Origin: a virus
Length of the DNA: 64,000 bases
IMG/VR virus record: IMGVR_UViG_3300020419_001178
Location: 64,001 to 128,000 of that record
Direction: 5' to 3' (one strand)
Both the position numbers and the translations under genes were made by a program. Below are positions 44,219 through 55,000 of this stretch, piece after piece; position 1 is the stretch's first letter, and every line of letters starts with the position of its first letter. Under the pieces are notes generated by a model. The model ran no database searches. It had not been told where the DNA came from and saw only the letters and a program-made list of their open reading frames with translations.

Positions 44219-47200
44219 ATGGTACAAGTAGCCCGTATAGCTGGTCAGCTTTTACAAGACAACTTACAACGTGAACTTGCCGATTTGGCATTTGACACTG
44301 ATCTATTGGTTGTAAAAAGAGATAATACTCTTGGAATTAATACAACAACAACTCCTAGAAATTTAACAATTAACGGTACAATGCGTACAGCATCCGGAAC
44401 ATCGGATCCAGATATTATATTTGGTAACAGTTTAAGTGTAGGAAATTTAACATTAGCTACTACGGGTATATCAACACCAAGTGGCAATGTAGAACTAAAA
44501 TCAACGCATCCATCAGGATATATTAAAACAAACGGAATAGGTAGTTATAACTTTGCTGTTAGAGATGACGGAATTAAAGCATTACAAACCAATGGTGGTG
44601 TAGGATTAAGATCAGAAGTTTATGACGGACAAACAGCAGTATGGAATGCCAATGGCAATTATGGAAACTATTGGTACCCAGGTCCAATTAATTCTGCTAG
44701 TTCACTACCAAACGATGGCACAAGGTTATACGATATCGCAGACTCTATTAGATTAAGAGGAGCTCCATTTACAGCAGAAGAACTTGAAGTATTTGACTGG
44801 GACAATGACGGAGATATTCAAGCTGATGATGTTTTAAAAACTGGCACATTAAATACAGCATATTCTAGTGGAACAGCATTTCCTGCTTCAAGAACACTTG
44901 CCGACCATCCTAGACCTGACAAATTAAAAGCATATATAGAATCTGTATTACCTAGAAGTGCTCCTAGAAAATTACAACTTACAACTGGTGGAACACTTAC
45001 AGTAACAGGTAACGTACATGCTACTGGCAATATTACATACGGTGGTACAAGTATTACTATTGGTGATGATTCAACAGATACAGCTAAATTTTTTAGTGAC
45101 TTTCATAATGATATAGAACCAGATCAAGATAATGTTTTTCATATAGGAAAAGATGATGACAGTACTGGTGGAGCAAAGAGATTTAGAATTAATGTTAATA
45201 CGTTGGTTGCTGACACAGTACAAGCGAACGGATTGATTTATCAAGGAATTGAAGTTTCTAAAAACGTTGGACTTATTTTTGTATCTAATGGTAATGGTAA
45301 AGATACCAATGAAGGAACAAGTCCAGGAGGACCTTTTGCTACAATCACTAAAGCGTTAAGCATAGCAAATGAAAATTCAATAATTTATATCTATCCTGGA
45401 ACGTACCAAGAAGCATTTCCAATGACAGTTCCAAGAGGAGTAACGATCCAAGGTGATAATATTAAAAATGTAGAAATTATTCCTACATCTGCTACACAAA
45501 GCAATGACTGTTTTAAACTCAATGCTGATGCTACAATAGAAAATATTACAATAAAAGATTTTTATTATGATTCAGGAAATGATAAAGGATACGCTTTTAG
45601 ACTAGCAGACAATTATACAATAGGTATTATTAATCAAGAAATAGGTAGATCTCCTTACATTAGAAATTGTACAGTGATTACAAAAGGTACTACAACATCC
45701 GCATCAGATCCTAGAGGATATGCTAGTGGTGACGCTGGTAGAGGAGCAATGATAGACGGTGGAGTTGTACAACAAACAAGTAGGTCAGCTAGTATGTTAT
45801 TCCACGCTGTAACCTTTATTACGCCAGGAGTTACAGGACTTGTAGCTAAAAGTGGAGTAAGAGTTGAATGGTTAAACAGCTTTACATATTTTGCTGAAAC
45901 AGGACTAAAATTAGAACAAGGCTCAGGAAGACTACAAGCTGATAATACAACTGCTTATGGTTGTGAACTTAGAAGTATTGCTAGTGCTAACGTATATGGT
46001 AACAAAGGATTAGTAGCAGACGGTGCCGCTAATCTTGCGTATTTGATAAATCATAATTTTGCGTACATAGGAGCAGGAAAAAATGTCACTAATGATAATA
46101 CACTTACTATACAAGCTAATGAGGTTATTACGACAAATAATGCTAAAGCGTATTACACAACACAAGATCAAAGAGGAAATTATAGAGTAGGAAATAACTT
46201 TTTAGTTGACTTAGAAAATGGTAGAACAAGTTTTGATATTGAAAGTATATTTGCTTCTAATTCTACAGTAAGAATAAAAGACGATAACGGAACAGTAACA
46301 TTGTCACCAGGTCAGATAGCAATGGATAATATATACATCCAAGGAAACACAATCGAAGCTACAAGGTCAGCTTTAGATTTTAATAGTACTGGTACAATTC
46401 AATTTCAAGACAATGTAACAATGCCGAGTACTACTATGACAGGTAATTTTACTATAGGTGGATCTTTAAATACAATTGGTAATTCACCAAGCGATACAGT
46501 TGACTTTAATACTCCTATTAGCCAAGCATTTATACCAGGAGATACCGAAGGTCAAAAATTAGGTACACCTACAAATAGATGGGCCGAATCAAACACGGTA
46601 TCTGCTAATATAAACACTATAACAATTGGAACAGGACAGATTAGCACAAATGAAACTAATGCTGATTTAAATTTACAAAGCACAGGTACAGGAAAAATTA
46701 AATTTGATAATGTTAGATTCAAAAGCAATATAGTTGATTCAAGCACAGGTGATCTTGTTTTTAAACCAACCACTGAATTAAAGATTGATGCTACAGGTGA
46801 ACTTAGATTACCAAAAGGAGAAACAGCCCAACGTCCTTCCACACAAGGTGGAGTAAGATTTAACACAAATTTCAACGGCTTTGAAGGAACATCCGTAAGC
46901 GGATCTGTTAGCTTACAAGGTATATATGATTCAGACAGAGATACTTATTTAGACTTGTCAAACAATCAATTTAATTTTGTAACAGCAGGACAAACTAATC
47001 ATACTCTTAACGGAACGTTACTTGAAAGTAAAGGATTTAGTTCAGATCATAAATTATCTATAGATGGAAATGTTGTGTCTACTGATCAACAAGATGGAAC
47101 ATTCCAACTTAAATCTAACGGCACAGGTAAAACAGTTATTGGCGATTTACAATTTCAAGAAAGTAATTTGTTTAACGATTCAAACAGTAATTTTATTTTT

Positions 47201-47449
47201 AATTTAACAAATAATAACAATCAAGCATATCTAAAATTTGATAATGTTAACGGATTAATTCCTCCATCAGGAAATACTGCCCAACGTCCAACAAGTCCAG
47301 AAGTTGGTAATACTAGATATAATCTACAACTAGAAAGAGTAGAAACTTGGAACGGAACTAGCTGGATAAATGCCGCAGGAGAGGTTGAAAGTATACTTTC
47401 CGGTGACGTTGAAGAATTAGCCTATTTATTCAACCTTATCTTAGATTAA
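44219..47449 (+). CDS. Large fibre/appendage protein with a pectin-lyase-like beta-helix (paralog of 47586)
   Basis: N-terminal RIAGQLL..NL.R...DLAFDTDLL; FVS..NG.D.N.G.....PFATI.KAL; C-terminal LPKG.TAQRP repeats; DWDNDGD insertion. Confidence 0.7.
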   Translation: MVQVARIAGQLLQDNLQRELADLAFDTDLLVVKRDNTLGINTTTTPRNLTINGTMRTASGTSDPDIIFGNSLSVGNLTLATTGISTPSGNVELKSTHPSGYIKTNGIGSYNFAVRDDGIKALQTNGGVGLRSEVYDGQTAVWNANGNYGNYWYPGPINSASSLPNDGTRLYDIADSIRLRGAPFTAEELEVFDWDNDGDIQADDVLKTGTLNTAYSSGTAFPASRTLADHPRPDKLKAYIESVLPRSAPRKLQLTTGGTLTVTGNVHATGNITYGGTSITIGDDSTDTAKFFSDFHNDIEPDQDNVFHIGKDDDSTGGAKRFRINVNTLVADTVQANGLIYQGIEVSKNVGLIFVSNGNGKDTNEGTSPGGPFATITKALSIANENSIIYIYPGTYQEAFPMTVPRGVTIQGDNIKNVEIIPTSATQSNDCFKLNADATIENITIKDFYYDSGNDKGYAFRLADNYTIGIINQEIGRSPYIRNCTVITKGTTTSASDPRGYASGDAGRGAMIDGGVVQQTSRSASMLFHAVTFITPGVTGLVAKSGVRVEWLNSFTYFAETGLKLEQGSGRLQADNTTAYGCELRSIASANVYGNKGLVADGAANLAYLINHNFAYIGAGKNVTNDNTLTIQANEVITTNNAKAYYTTQDQRGNYRVGNNFLVDLENGRTSFDIESIFASNSTVRIKDDNGTVTLSPGQIAMDNIYIQGNTIEATRSALDFNSTGTIQFQDNVTMPSTTMTGNFTIGGSLNTIGNSPSDTVDFNTPISQAFIPGDTEGQKLGTPTNRWAESNTVSANINTITIGTGQISTNETNADLNLQSTGTGKIKFDNVRFKSNIVDSSTGDLVFKPTTELKIDATGELRLPKGETAQRPSTQGGVRFNTNFNGFEGTSVSGSVSLQGIYDSDRDTYLDLSNNQFNFVTAGQTNHTLNGTLLESKGFSSDHKLSIDGNVVSTDQQDGTFQLKSNGTGKTVIGDLQFQESNLFNDSNSNFIFNLTNNNNQAYLKFDNVNGLIPPSGNTAQRPTSPEVGNTRYNLQLERVETWNGTSWINAAGEVESILSGDVEELAYLFNLILD

Positions 47450-47461
47450 TTACATAATTCA

Positions 47462-47585
47462 CATAAATAAGTATAATGCAACAATAGCAGGCCAAGCTGT
47501 TGCAGTACAAACTGTGGTTAGCCGGCAAAGAGCAAATGCTGAGAATCGGGCTAGTGGGACAGGATCCCCGTATTGAGGAGTAGAC
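47462..47585 (+). promoter_or_regulatory. Late promoter CATAAATA (47462-69) followed by a ~110-nt GC-rich structured leader
   Basis: Stems TGCAACA/TGTTGCA, TAGCCG/CGGGCTA, AGC/GCT and GGGA/TCCC before the GAGGAG SD. Confidence 0.55.
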
Positions 47586-50500
47586 ATGGCAATCGGTCGC
47601 ATATCCGGTCAGCTCTTGAAGTCAAATCTAACGCGAAATGGCGTAGATTTAGCTTTTGAGACAGACCTTTTATACTTAGATGTAACAAATCGCAGGATCG
47701 GCGTAAAGACAACATCACCTCAATATCCATTAGACATTCAAGGCGTAGCAAGAGTTACAGATCTTGAAATTACAAATAACACATTCCAAGTAGGTAATAT
47801 TACACTTGACGGTTCGTCAAACACAATTTCTACTTCGGCACAAGAATTTAACATCGCAACAGCTGATAATACTATTGTAGGAAATAGAGTATTAGTTGGT
47901 GACTTAGAAATTAATAACAACTTCATTGAAAATACAAACACAAACAGCGACTTGTTTATTAGAGCTAACGGTACAGGTACTGTTAATATAATTGGTAATA
48001 CACAAGTAAATGGTAATTTACATGCTACTGGAAATATTTCAGCAGATGGAAATATTACACTTGGAGATGCTGATACAGATAGTATTTTCCTTAACGCAGA
48101 TATTGCTAGTGATATTATGCCTGATGCTGACAACACTTATGATATAGGTAAAGCTGGTAAACGTTGGGCAACTGGTAGATTTGCTAACGTGACTACTAAC
48201 ACATTAACAACAAACGATCTTGACTTTGGAAGTATAGACTTAATTTCTGTACCAGGAAATATAATTTATGTTGCGGCAAATGGTAGTGATACTGCTACAG
48301 GAACTCATCCGCAAGATCCTGTTTTAACAATTTCGAAAGCATTACAACTTGCTTCACTAGGTGATACAGTATACATTTACCCTGGACAGTTCCAAGAAGC
48401 ATTTCCTTTAAACGTTCCTTTAGGAGTAACTGTAAGAGGACATAGTTTAAGATCAGTAGAAGTATCTCCTACAAGCGGAACGCAAAGTAATGATGCTTTT
48501 GTATTACAAGGTGATTCAGCTGTTGAAGATTTAACGATAAAAGATTTTTATTATAATTCAGGAAATGATACAGGTTACGGTTTTAAATTTGCTAGTAATT
48601 TTAGAGTATATTTAAGATCTCCTTATGTGAGAAACGTAACTGTAATTACAAAAGGTACAACTACTTCAAATACAGATCCAAGAGGATTTGCCGCAGGTGA
48701 CGCAGGAAGAGGTGCGTTAGTAGATGGTAGCGTAGCCAATGCTGATTCAAGAGAAGCTTCTATGTTGTTTCATGCTGTGACTTTTATTACTCCAGGGCAA
48801 ACAGGATTAAAAATTACAAACGGCTCAAGAGTAGAATGGTTAAACTGTTTTACATACTTTGCTGACAAAGGTATACATATTGTAGACGGTGCGGCAGGGT
48901 TAAAAGGTGATGGAAAAACAAAAATAAAATATAGTGGAATAAGTGGATCGGCTCCAGGAGCAGGTAACACTATTACTTTATTCAATGCGGCTGGTACACA
49001 GTTAGCAACAGCTACTATAGAATCTGTATCAACTAATGAAGTGATTATCGATGGCAAGCCTACTGGATTTATTACACCTCTAAGTAGAGCAAAGAAAACT
49101 ATAACAGCAATTGGAAATGCTCAAATAGTTACAACAGGTGCTATTAAGTTTGGCACAGGTATGGGATTACTAGACGGTACTGGAGATAGATTTAGCATTA
49201 CAACTTCGTCAGACTTTGGGTTTGGAACTGGAGACTTTGATGTTGAATCATGGATTTACATTTCAGATGATACAGGAACAGAAACATTATTCGACTTTAG
49301 AGCAGGAAGTGATACAGATAACGGACTACATGTTTACTTTGTTGATAGAAAACCAAAAGTATATATTGGTAACACAGAGATATTAGCACCAAATGTAACT
49401 CTTACAAACACAACTTTTTATCATGTAAGTGTAACAAGAGTTGGTACAACAATAAGTTTATTCATAGATGGATTATTACAACAAAATACTACTAACAGTA
49501 CAGACTTAGGAACTACAAAACCTTTAATTATTGGATCTAAGTTTGATGGTAGCTCAAGTGATTGGCAAGGTAGAGTCGACGATATAAGAATTAGAAAAGG
49601 CACAGGGGTAAGTTCAGCGCCTGGCTCAGCTCCAACTGCGGCAAAAGTTGTTGATCAATATACAGTTTTAAAACTAGACTTTGACGGAGATAACGGTAGC
49701 CAGTCTATTGTAGATAATGATACATTTATTCAAGATATAAGATTTAATAATGGTGCTACAGCAACAGCATTAACTTTAATTGATCAGTCCGACTTTGGAG
49801 GAGAAATTAGATCAATTGCTAGTGCAAGTGTTTACGGAAATTATGGACTATATGGTGACGGACCAGGATGTATTGTTTATGCGATTGGAATGAATTTAGC
49901 TTACATTGGTACAGGTAAAGACGTAACAAATGATACAACACAGGTCATACAAGCTAACGAAGTTACAGCATTAAACGGAGCAAACATTTATTTTAGTACA
50001 GTTGATCACAAAGGTGACTTTAGAGTTGGAGATTTATTTAGAGTCAATCAGTCAACAGGTGAAGTTACATTTACAAACGCAGAATTTTTATTTAATAATA
50101 ACCAAGGTATTACTTTTACTGACGGAGTAAACACTACAATTATTGACGGAACTAAAGTAGAATCTGGTGCTATAAGAATTACTGGCAATACAATATCAAG
50201 TACAAGTGGTGACATAAATTTAAACAGTTCGTCAGGAACTATCAACTTATTAGACAATGTTGCTATAACAGGAAATTTAGATGTTACTGGAAATGTTTCC
50301 GTTGGTGGAAACATAACATTAGGTGACGAAGCTACTGATACAATAGATATCCAAGCTAGAATAGCTAGTGATATTGTACCAAGTGTAGATAATACTTACA
50401 AATTAGGAACTAACTTATTAGCTTGGTCCGAATTAAATGTAGGTAAAGTTGTTGTTGACGATATTACAATAGATAACGACACAATCCAATCTACAGGAAG

Positions 50501-51308
50501 TGATGGAAGTATTAATCTTGTTCCAAACGGATCAGGAAAAGTTGTTATTGATAATTTAAAATTTGATTCTAATATTATTTCTAATGATGGCGGAGATATT
50601 GTTTTAGATCCTAGCAGTGAATCTGTACAGATTGACAGTACAGGAGCACTGGTTTTACCTAAAGGAACAACAGCTCAAAGACCAGGATCTGCTATTACTG
50701 GAATGATAAGATACAATACAGACACAAACGTCTTTGAAGCATATGACGGACAGTGGACTGAACTAGGTGGTGTATATGACGATGATAGAGATACTTATAT
50801 TACACCAGAATTAACACCTGGTGCTGATGACGATACAATACGCTTTTATGCTGGTGGATCTGTTGTAGCAGACGTAACAGCTAATAGATTTGATATTAAA
50901 AAATTAGAAGTAGATGATATATCTGTCTCAGGAAATACTCTACAAACTATTACAACCAATCAAAACTTGGTTCTGACAGCCAATGGTGGGGGTTATGTAT
51001 CCATAGAAAACTTCAGTTTTAATGGAAATCAGATAACTAATACTATAGACGGTGCTGTTACTACACTGAAACAGACAGGTACTGGATATTTTAAAATTGA
51101 CGGTACTGGTGGATTTGTGATACCTGTAGGCACAAACGCTAATAGACATCCAACTCCTGTAACAGGAATGATGAGATATAATAGTGTTGCTGACAGAGTT
51201 GAAATATATGACATCGGTGGTAACTGGGTATCAGTTGCTGGTTCAACTGGTGCTGTTTCGTTTAATGATGCGGAGGAAATAGCTATCAAACTTGCTTTGA
51301 CAATTTAG
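47586..51308 (+). CDS. Large fibre/appendage protein with a beta-helix and an inserted LamG/ConA-like lectin domain
   Basis: Paralog of 44219; insertion with FGTGDFDVESWIY...WQGRVDDIRIRKG. Confidence 0.72.
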   Translation: MAIGRISGQLLKSNLTRNGVDLAFETDLLYLDVTNRRIGVKTTSPQYPLDIQGVARVTDLEITNNTFQVGNITLDGSSNTISTSAQEFNIATADNTIVGNRVLVGDLEINNNFIENTNTNSDLFIRANGTGTVNIIGNTQVNGNLHATGNISADGNITLGDADTDSIFLNADIASDIMPDADNTYDIGKAGKRWATGRFANVTTNTLTTNDLDFGSIDLISVPGNIIYVAANGSDTATGTHPQDPVLTISKALQLASLGDTVYIYPGQFQEAFPLNVPLGVTVRGHSLRSVEVSPTSGTQSNDAFVLQGDSAVEDLTIKDFYYNSGNDTGYGFKFASNFRVYLRSPYVRNVTVITKGTTTSNTDPRGFAAGDAGRGALVDGSVANADSREASMLFHAVTFITPGQTGLKITNGSRVEWLNCFTYFADKGIHIVDGAAGLKGDGKTKIKYSGISGSAPGAGNTITLFNAAGTQLATATIESVSTNEVIIDGKPTGFITPLSRAKKTITAIGNAQIVTTGAIKFGTGMGLLDGTGDRFSITTSSDFGFGTGDFDVESWIYISDDTGTETLFDFRAGSDTDNGLHVYFVDRKPKVYIGNTEILAPNVTLTNTTFYHVSVTRVGTTISLFIDGLLQQNTTNSTDLGTTKPLIIGSKFDGSSSDWQGRVDDIRIRKGTGVSSAPGSAPTAAKVVDQYTVLKLDFDGDNGSQSIVDNDTFIQDIRFNNGATATALTLIDQSDFGGEIRSIASASVYGNYGLYGDGPGCIVYAIGMNLAYIGTGKDVTNDTTQVIQANEVTALNGANIYFSTVDHKGDFRVGDLFRVNQSTGEVTFTNAEFLFNNNQGITFTDGVNTTIIDGTKVESGAIRITGNTISSTSGDINLNSSSGTINLLDNVAITGNLDVTGNVSVGGNITLGDEATDTIDIQARIASDIVPSVDNTYKLGTNLLAWSELNVGKVVVDDITIDNDTIQSTGSDGSINLVPNGSGKVVIDNLKFDSNIISNDGGDIVLDPSSESVQIDSTGALVLPKGTTAQRPGSAITGMIRYNTDTNVFEAYDGQWTELGGVYDDDRDTYITPELTPGADDDTIRFYAGGSVVADVTANRFDIKKLEVDDISVSGNTLQTITTNQNLVLTANGGGYVSIENFSFNGNQITNTIDGAVTTLKQTGTGYFKIDGTGGFVIPVGTNANRHPTPVTGMMRYNSVADRVEIYDIGGNWVSVAGSTGAVSFNDAEEIAIKLALTI

Positions 51309-51319
51309 GATAAAAAGAT

Positions 51320-51649
51320 ATGGCAACAAATTTTAGAAATATAGTAGGAAAAGAAATAGGAACGCAGAGGGTAGCGGTATATACTACACCTTCAGCGACT
51401 AGTACTACAATTATAGGAATGAATATAGCAAACTTAACTGATTCAATGGTAAGTTGTACACTTGAATTAGGTGATGAAGCAAGTTCAATAGGAACATTAA
51501 TAAGGAATATGCCCATAGCACCAAACACGGCAATGAAACCAATAGGCAAAGGTGAAAAAATTGTTATGGACGCAAATAATGTTTTATATGTAACCGCTGA
51601 TCAGACAGCATCAATTGATGTTATCCTCAGCATAGTGGAGATAGTGTAA
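51320..51649 (+). CDS. Small beta-rich virion protein (paralog 2 of 3)
   Basis: VYTTP......IIGMNIAN and EKIVMD motifs. Confidence 0.7.
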   Translation: MATNFRNIVGKEIGTQRVAVYTTPSATSTTIIGMNIANLTDSMVSCTLELGDEASSIGTLIRNMPIAPNTAMKPIGKGEKIVMDANNVLYVTADQTASIDVILSIVEIV

Positions 51650-52008
51650 TGGCTGATACATTTTTAGGACAAAGCATTACTGATATGGTTGCCCAACTAG
51701 ATCAGAGATATTTTTATGGATTAAGAAGGACTGCTGACGGAGAATTATTTATTGCCAAAGTTGATCAACTTCAAGCAAACGACAGTATTACTATTAACAA
51801 AGAAGGTGATCCGGCACAAAATTATGAGGATTTCGAACAAGGGCAAGATTTTTACGAAGGAAAAAATGTAAATCATGAAGTGGTATACACAAATCTAAAT
51901 TATGAACAATTTAGATGGGATAACAGAAATATTAATTATTACGTAGACGATGGTGGTAATCTTGTTGCTAGAATTAACGAAGGGTATACTTACCCTACAG
52001 GAGTATAA
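51649..52008 (+). CDS. Hypothetical virion protein (119 aa)
   Basis: Coupled (TAATG) to the previous gene; YFYGLRR..DGEL and YYVD..GNLV.RIN motifs. Confidence 0.7.
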   Translation: MADTFLGQSITDMVAQLDQRYFYGLRRTADGELFIAKVDQLQANDSITINKEGDPAQNYEDFEQGQDFYEGKNVNHEVVYTNLNYEQFRWDNRNINYYVDDGGNLVARINEGYTYPTGV

Positions 52009-52014
52009 TAAATA
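52007..52014 (+). promoter_or_regulatory. Late promoter motif AATAAATA
   Basis: Upstream of 52032. Confidence 0.6.
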
Positions 52015-52031
52015 CATAAAAGGTTGAGAAA

Positions 52032-55000
52032 ATGGCAGATTTTAAGTTAAGTAGAATTAGATTTAATTGGAAGGGTAACTGGTCCGGCGGTGCTGATTAT
52101 ATCGTAGATGATATGATCCATTACAATGGATATACCTATGTAGCACTAAGAACACATACTTCAGCAGATTTTTATAATGATCTAGCAGGAACAGATAAAA
52201 CACCCGCTCAACCAAAATGGAAAAAACAATCAGAAGGCGTCAGCTGGAAAAAAGATTGGAGTACAAGTACACTTTACTCTGTAGGAAATATTGTAAAATA
52301 CGGTGCGTCAGTTTATCAATGTACTGAATCACATACTTCATCTGGTACACTAGCATCAGGTACAGACGGACTTGTTGCTGATATAACAAAATGGACATTA
52401 GTTGCTGTTTCGTCAGCTGATTGGAAATACAACTGGACAGTAAGCACACTATATAGAATTAATGACCTTGTTAGATACAACGGTAAAGTTTACAAATGTA
52501 CAGCCCAGCACGTATCTGCTGTAACTATATTACTAGGACTAGAAGCAGACCAAGCTAAATGGACAGTATTATCAGACTCGGATACTTGGAGAGCAACTTG
52601 GGCAATTGGAACAAGATATAAAGTTAATGATATTGTTAAGTATGGTGGTATTGTATATAAATGTATCACAGGACATACTTCAGCAGACAATACTGCTTTA
52701 GGCCTAGAAGAAGATCAAGCTAAATGGGAAATACAAATTTCCGGAATTGAATACAAAAGTTTATGGACCGGCGAAGTACGTTATAAAGTAAATGACATAG
52801 TCAAGCGTGGCGGAAACTTAATGAAATGTATTGTTGGTCATACAGCAACTGCAGGTGATAACGGATTTCAAACAGATTATGCTACAAGTAAGTGGAGCAT
52901 ATATCTTCCAGGAACTGAATACGATAGTGTTTGGGATAATGGTGTTTATTATCAGTCAGGTGACCTAGTTCTTTATGGCGGATATATTTACAAAGCAGTA
53001 ACTTTTAACACAAATAAACCACCAAGCCAATACACTGGTGACTGGAACTTAACTTTTGAAGGATACAAATTTAGAGGTGACTGGAACCTAGCAGGATCAG
53101 AAGATAGTGCTGATATTAATTACTTAACTGGTGATATTGTTAGACTTACAGGTACTTTATATATTGCTATTCAAGACAGCACAAACTTACAACCAGACCA
53201 GTGGCCAACATATTGGGAAAAACTTGTAGATGGTAGAAACTTTAGAAACTTCTGGGAAGATAACACAGAATATTATCAAGGCGATATTGTAACTTGGGCT
53301 GGTACAGCGTATGTTTCACTCAAATATCATCGTTCAACTGAATCAGCATCTAGACCAGATCTTGATGTAGAACAACCAGATAACGATTACTGGAAGTTAA
53401 TGATTCTAGGTAATAGAACAAACAAACTTGCGAGAAAAGGTGATCTTAAGACATTTGAAGATCAAGATTCTACAGCAATTGACACACAAAGATTAGCTAT
53501 TGGGCAAGACGGTGCCGCTTTAATTTCAACAGGTACAATGCCTGCTTGGGACTTAATTGATTTAGCAAACAATGTTTATTATGTATCTACTGATGGAATA
53601 GATGATCCAGATAGAGGTGGAACATTAAACGCACCATTTAGAACAGTGAGATACGCTACACAATATCTATTTTTAGACGAAGTGAATAGAGTAGGCACTG
53701 GAGCAACTATATCAGTTGCGGCAGGAGATTACAAAGAAGTACTGCCAATTAGCTTACCAGCAAAGGTAGCGTTAGTTGGAGCAGAACTAAGATCAACAAG
53801 TATTAGTCCAGCCCTTAACGGAATAGATGTTGTTTTAGGACCAAGAAATGCTAAAGGCGAACAGACAGCTTTAACAATTCCTACATTGAACGAAAGAAAC
53901 GATATGTTCTATGTAAGAAATAGTTGTGGTATAAGAAGACTTACTTTAAGAGGATTGACTGGCGTATTAAGTGTAGCAAATACTTACGGAACAAAACGCC
54001 CATCAGGTGGAGCATTTGTTTCTTTAGATCCAGGTACAGGTTCTTCAGATACTGATGTTTGGATTGCTAGTAAGTCAAAAGCATACTATACACCTTCTAC
54101 TGCTACATACAATCCAGCAGACGGTGTGTTTACAATGACATTACCTACACAACAATATACTGTTACAGATGCTACATATGATCCAAAGTCAGGAGTAATG
54201 GTAGCTACAATAGGAAATCACACACTAGACGTAGGAGAAACAATTAGAATAGCTACAGAAAGTGTTTCATTTACATGTTCTAAAGACAATTATACTTCAG
54301 TTCATGCTTATCCAAGAATAAGTGATCCAGCGGCTGGAGCAGACATAAGAATATTTGATAAATCTGCTACAACTATTTCAGTAAATGTTGGTAAGAGTAA
54401 AGATACAGATCAATATACACATAAATTTTCAAGTGCTACTAACAACGGTATAACTTGGAATCATAATTTAAAAGTTGGTAATTCAATAGCGATTGCCGGC
54501 AATGCTTTTACTTTTACTTGTACAATGGACGGAAACACAGCACAGAAAACATATCCAAGAGTAACAGACCCTGCTTACAATCAAAAATTAGCAATTACAG
54601 CGGTAACAACTACATCGTTCACAGTGAATGTAGGAAAGTCTAGTGCTAGTGATCAATATGCTCATACTTTTGTATCAGTTAATCCAGAATCAGTTAGCTT
54701 TGAAAGAATATCTGCGGGACGTTCACCTTACATTCAAGGTGTAACAACTATTGGAGATAATTGTGTTGGAATGAAAATTGACGGAGCATTACATAACGGC
54801 GGAAACAGATCAATCGTTGCTAACGACTTTACACAGGTATTAAGTGATGGAATTGGATACTGGGCAACAAATCTAGGACGTTCAGAGCTAGTGTCTGTGT
54901 TTACATATTACGCACACATAGGTTACCTTGCTGAAAACGGCGGAATAATGAGAGCTACAAACGGAAACAACTCTTACGGAGACTTTGGTTCAGTAGCAGA

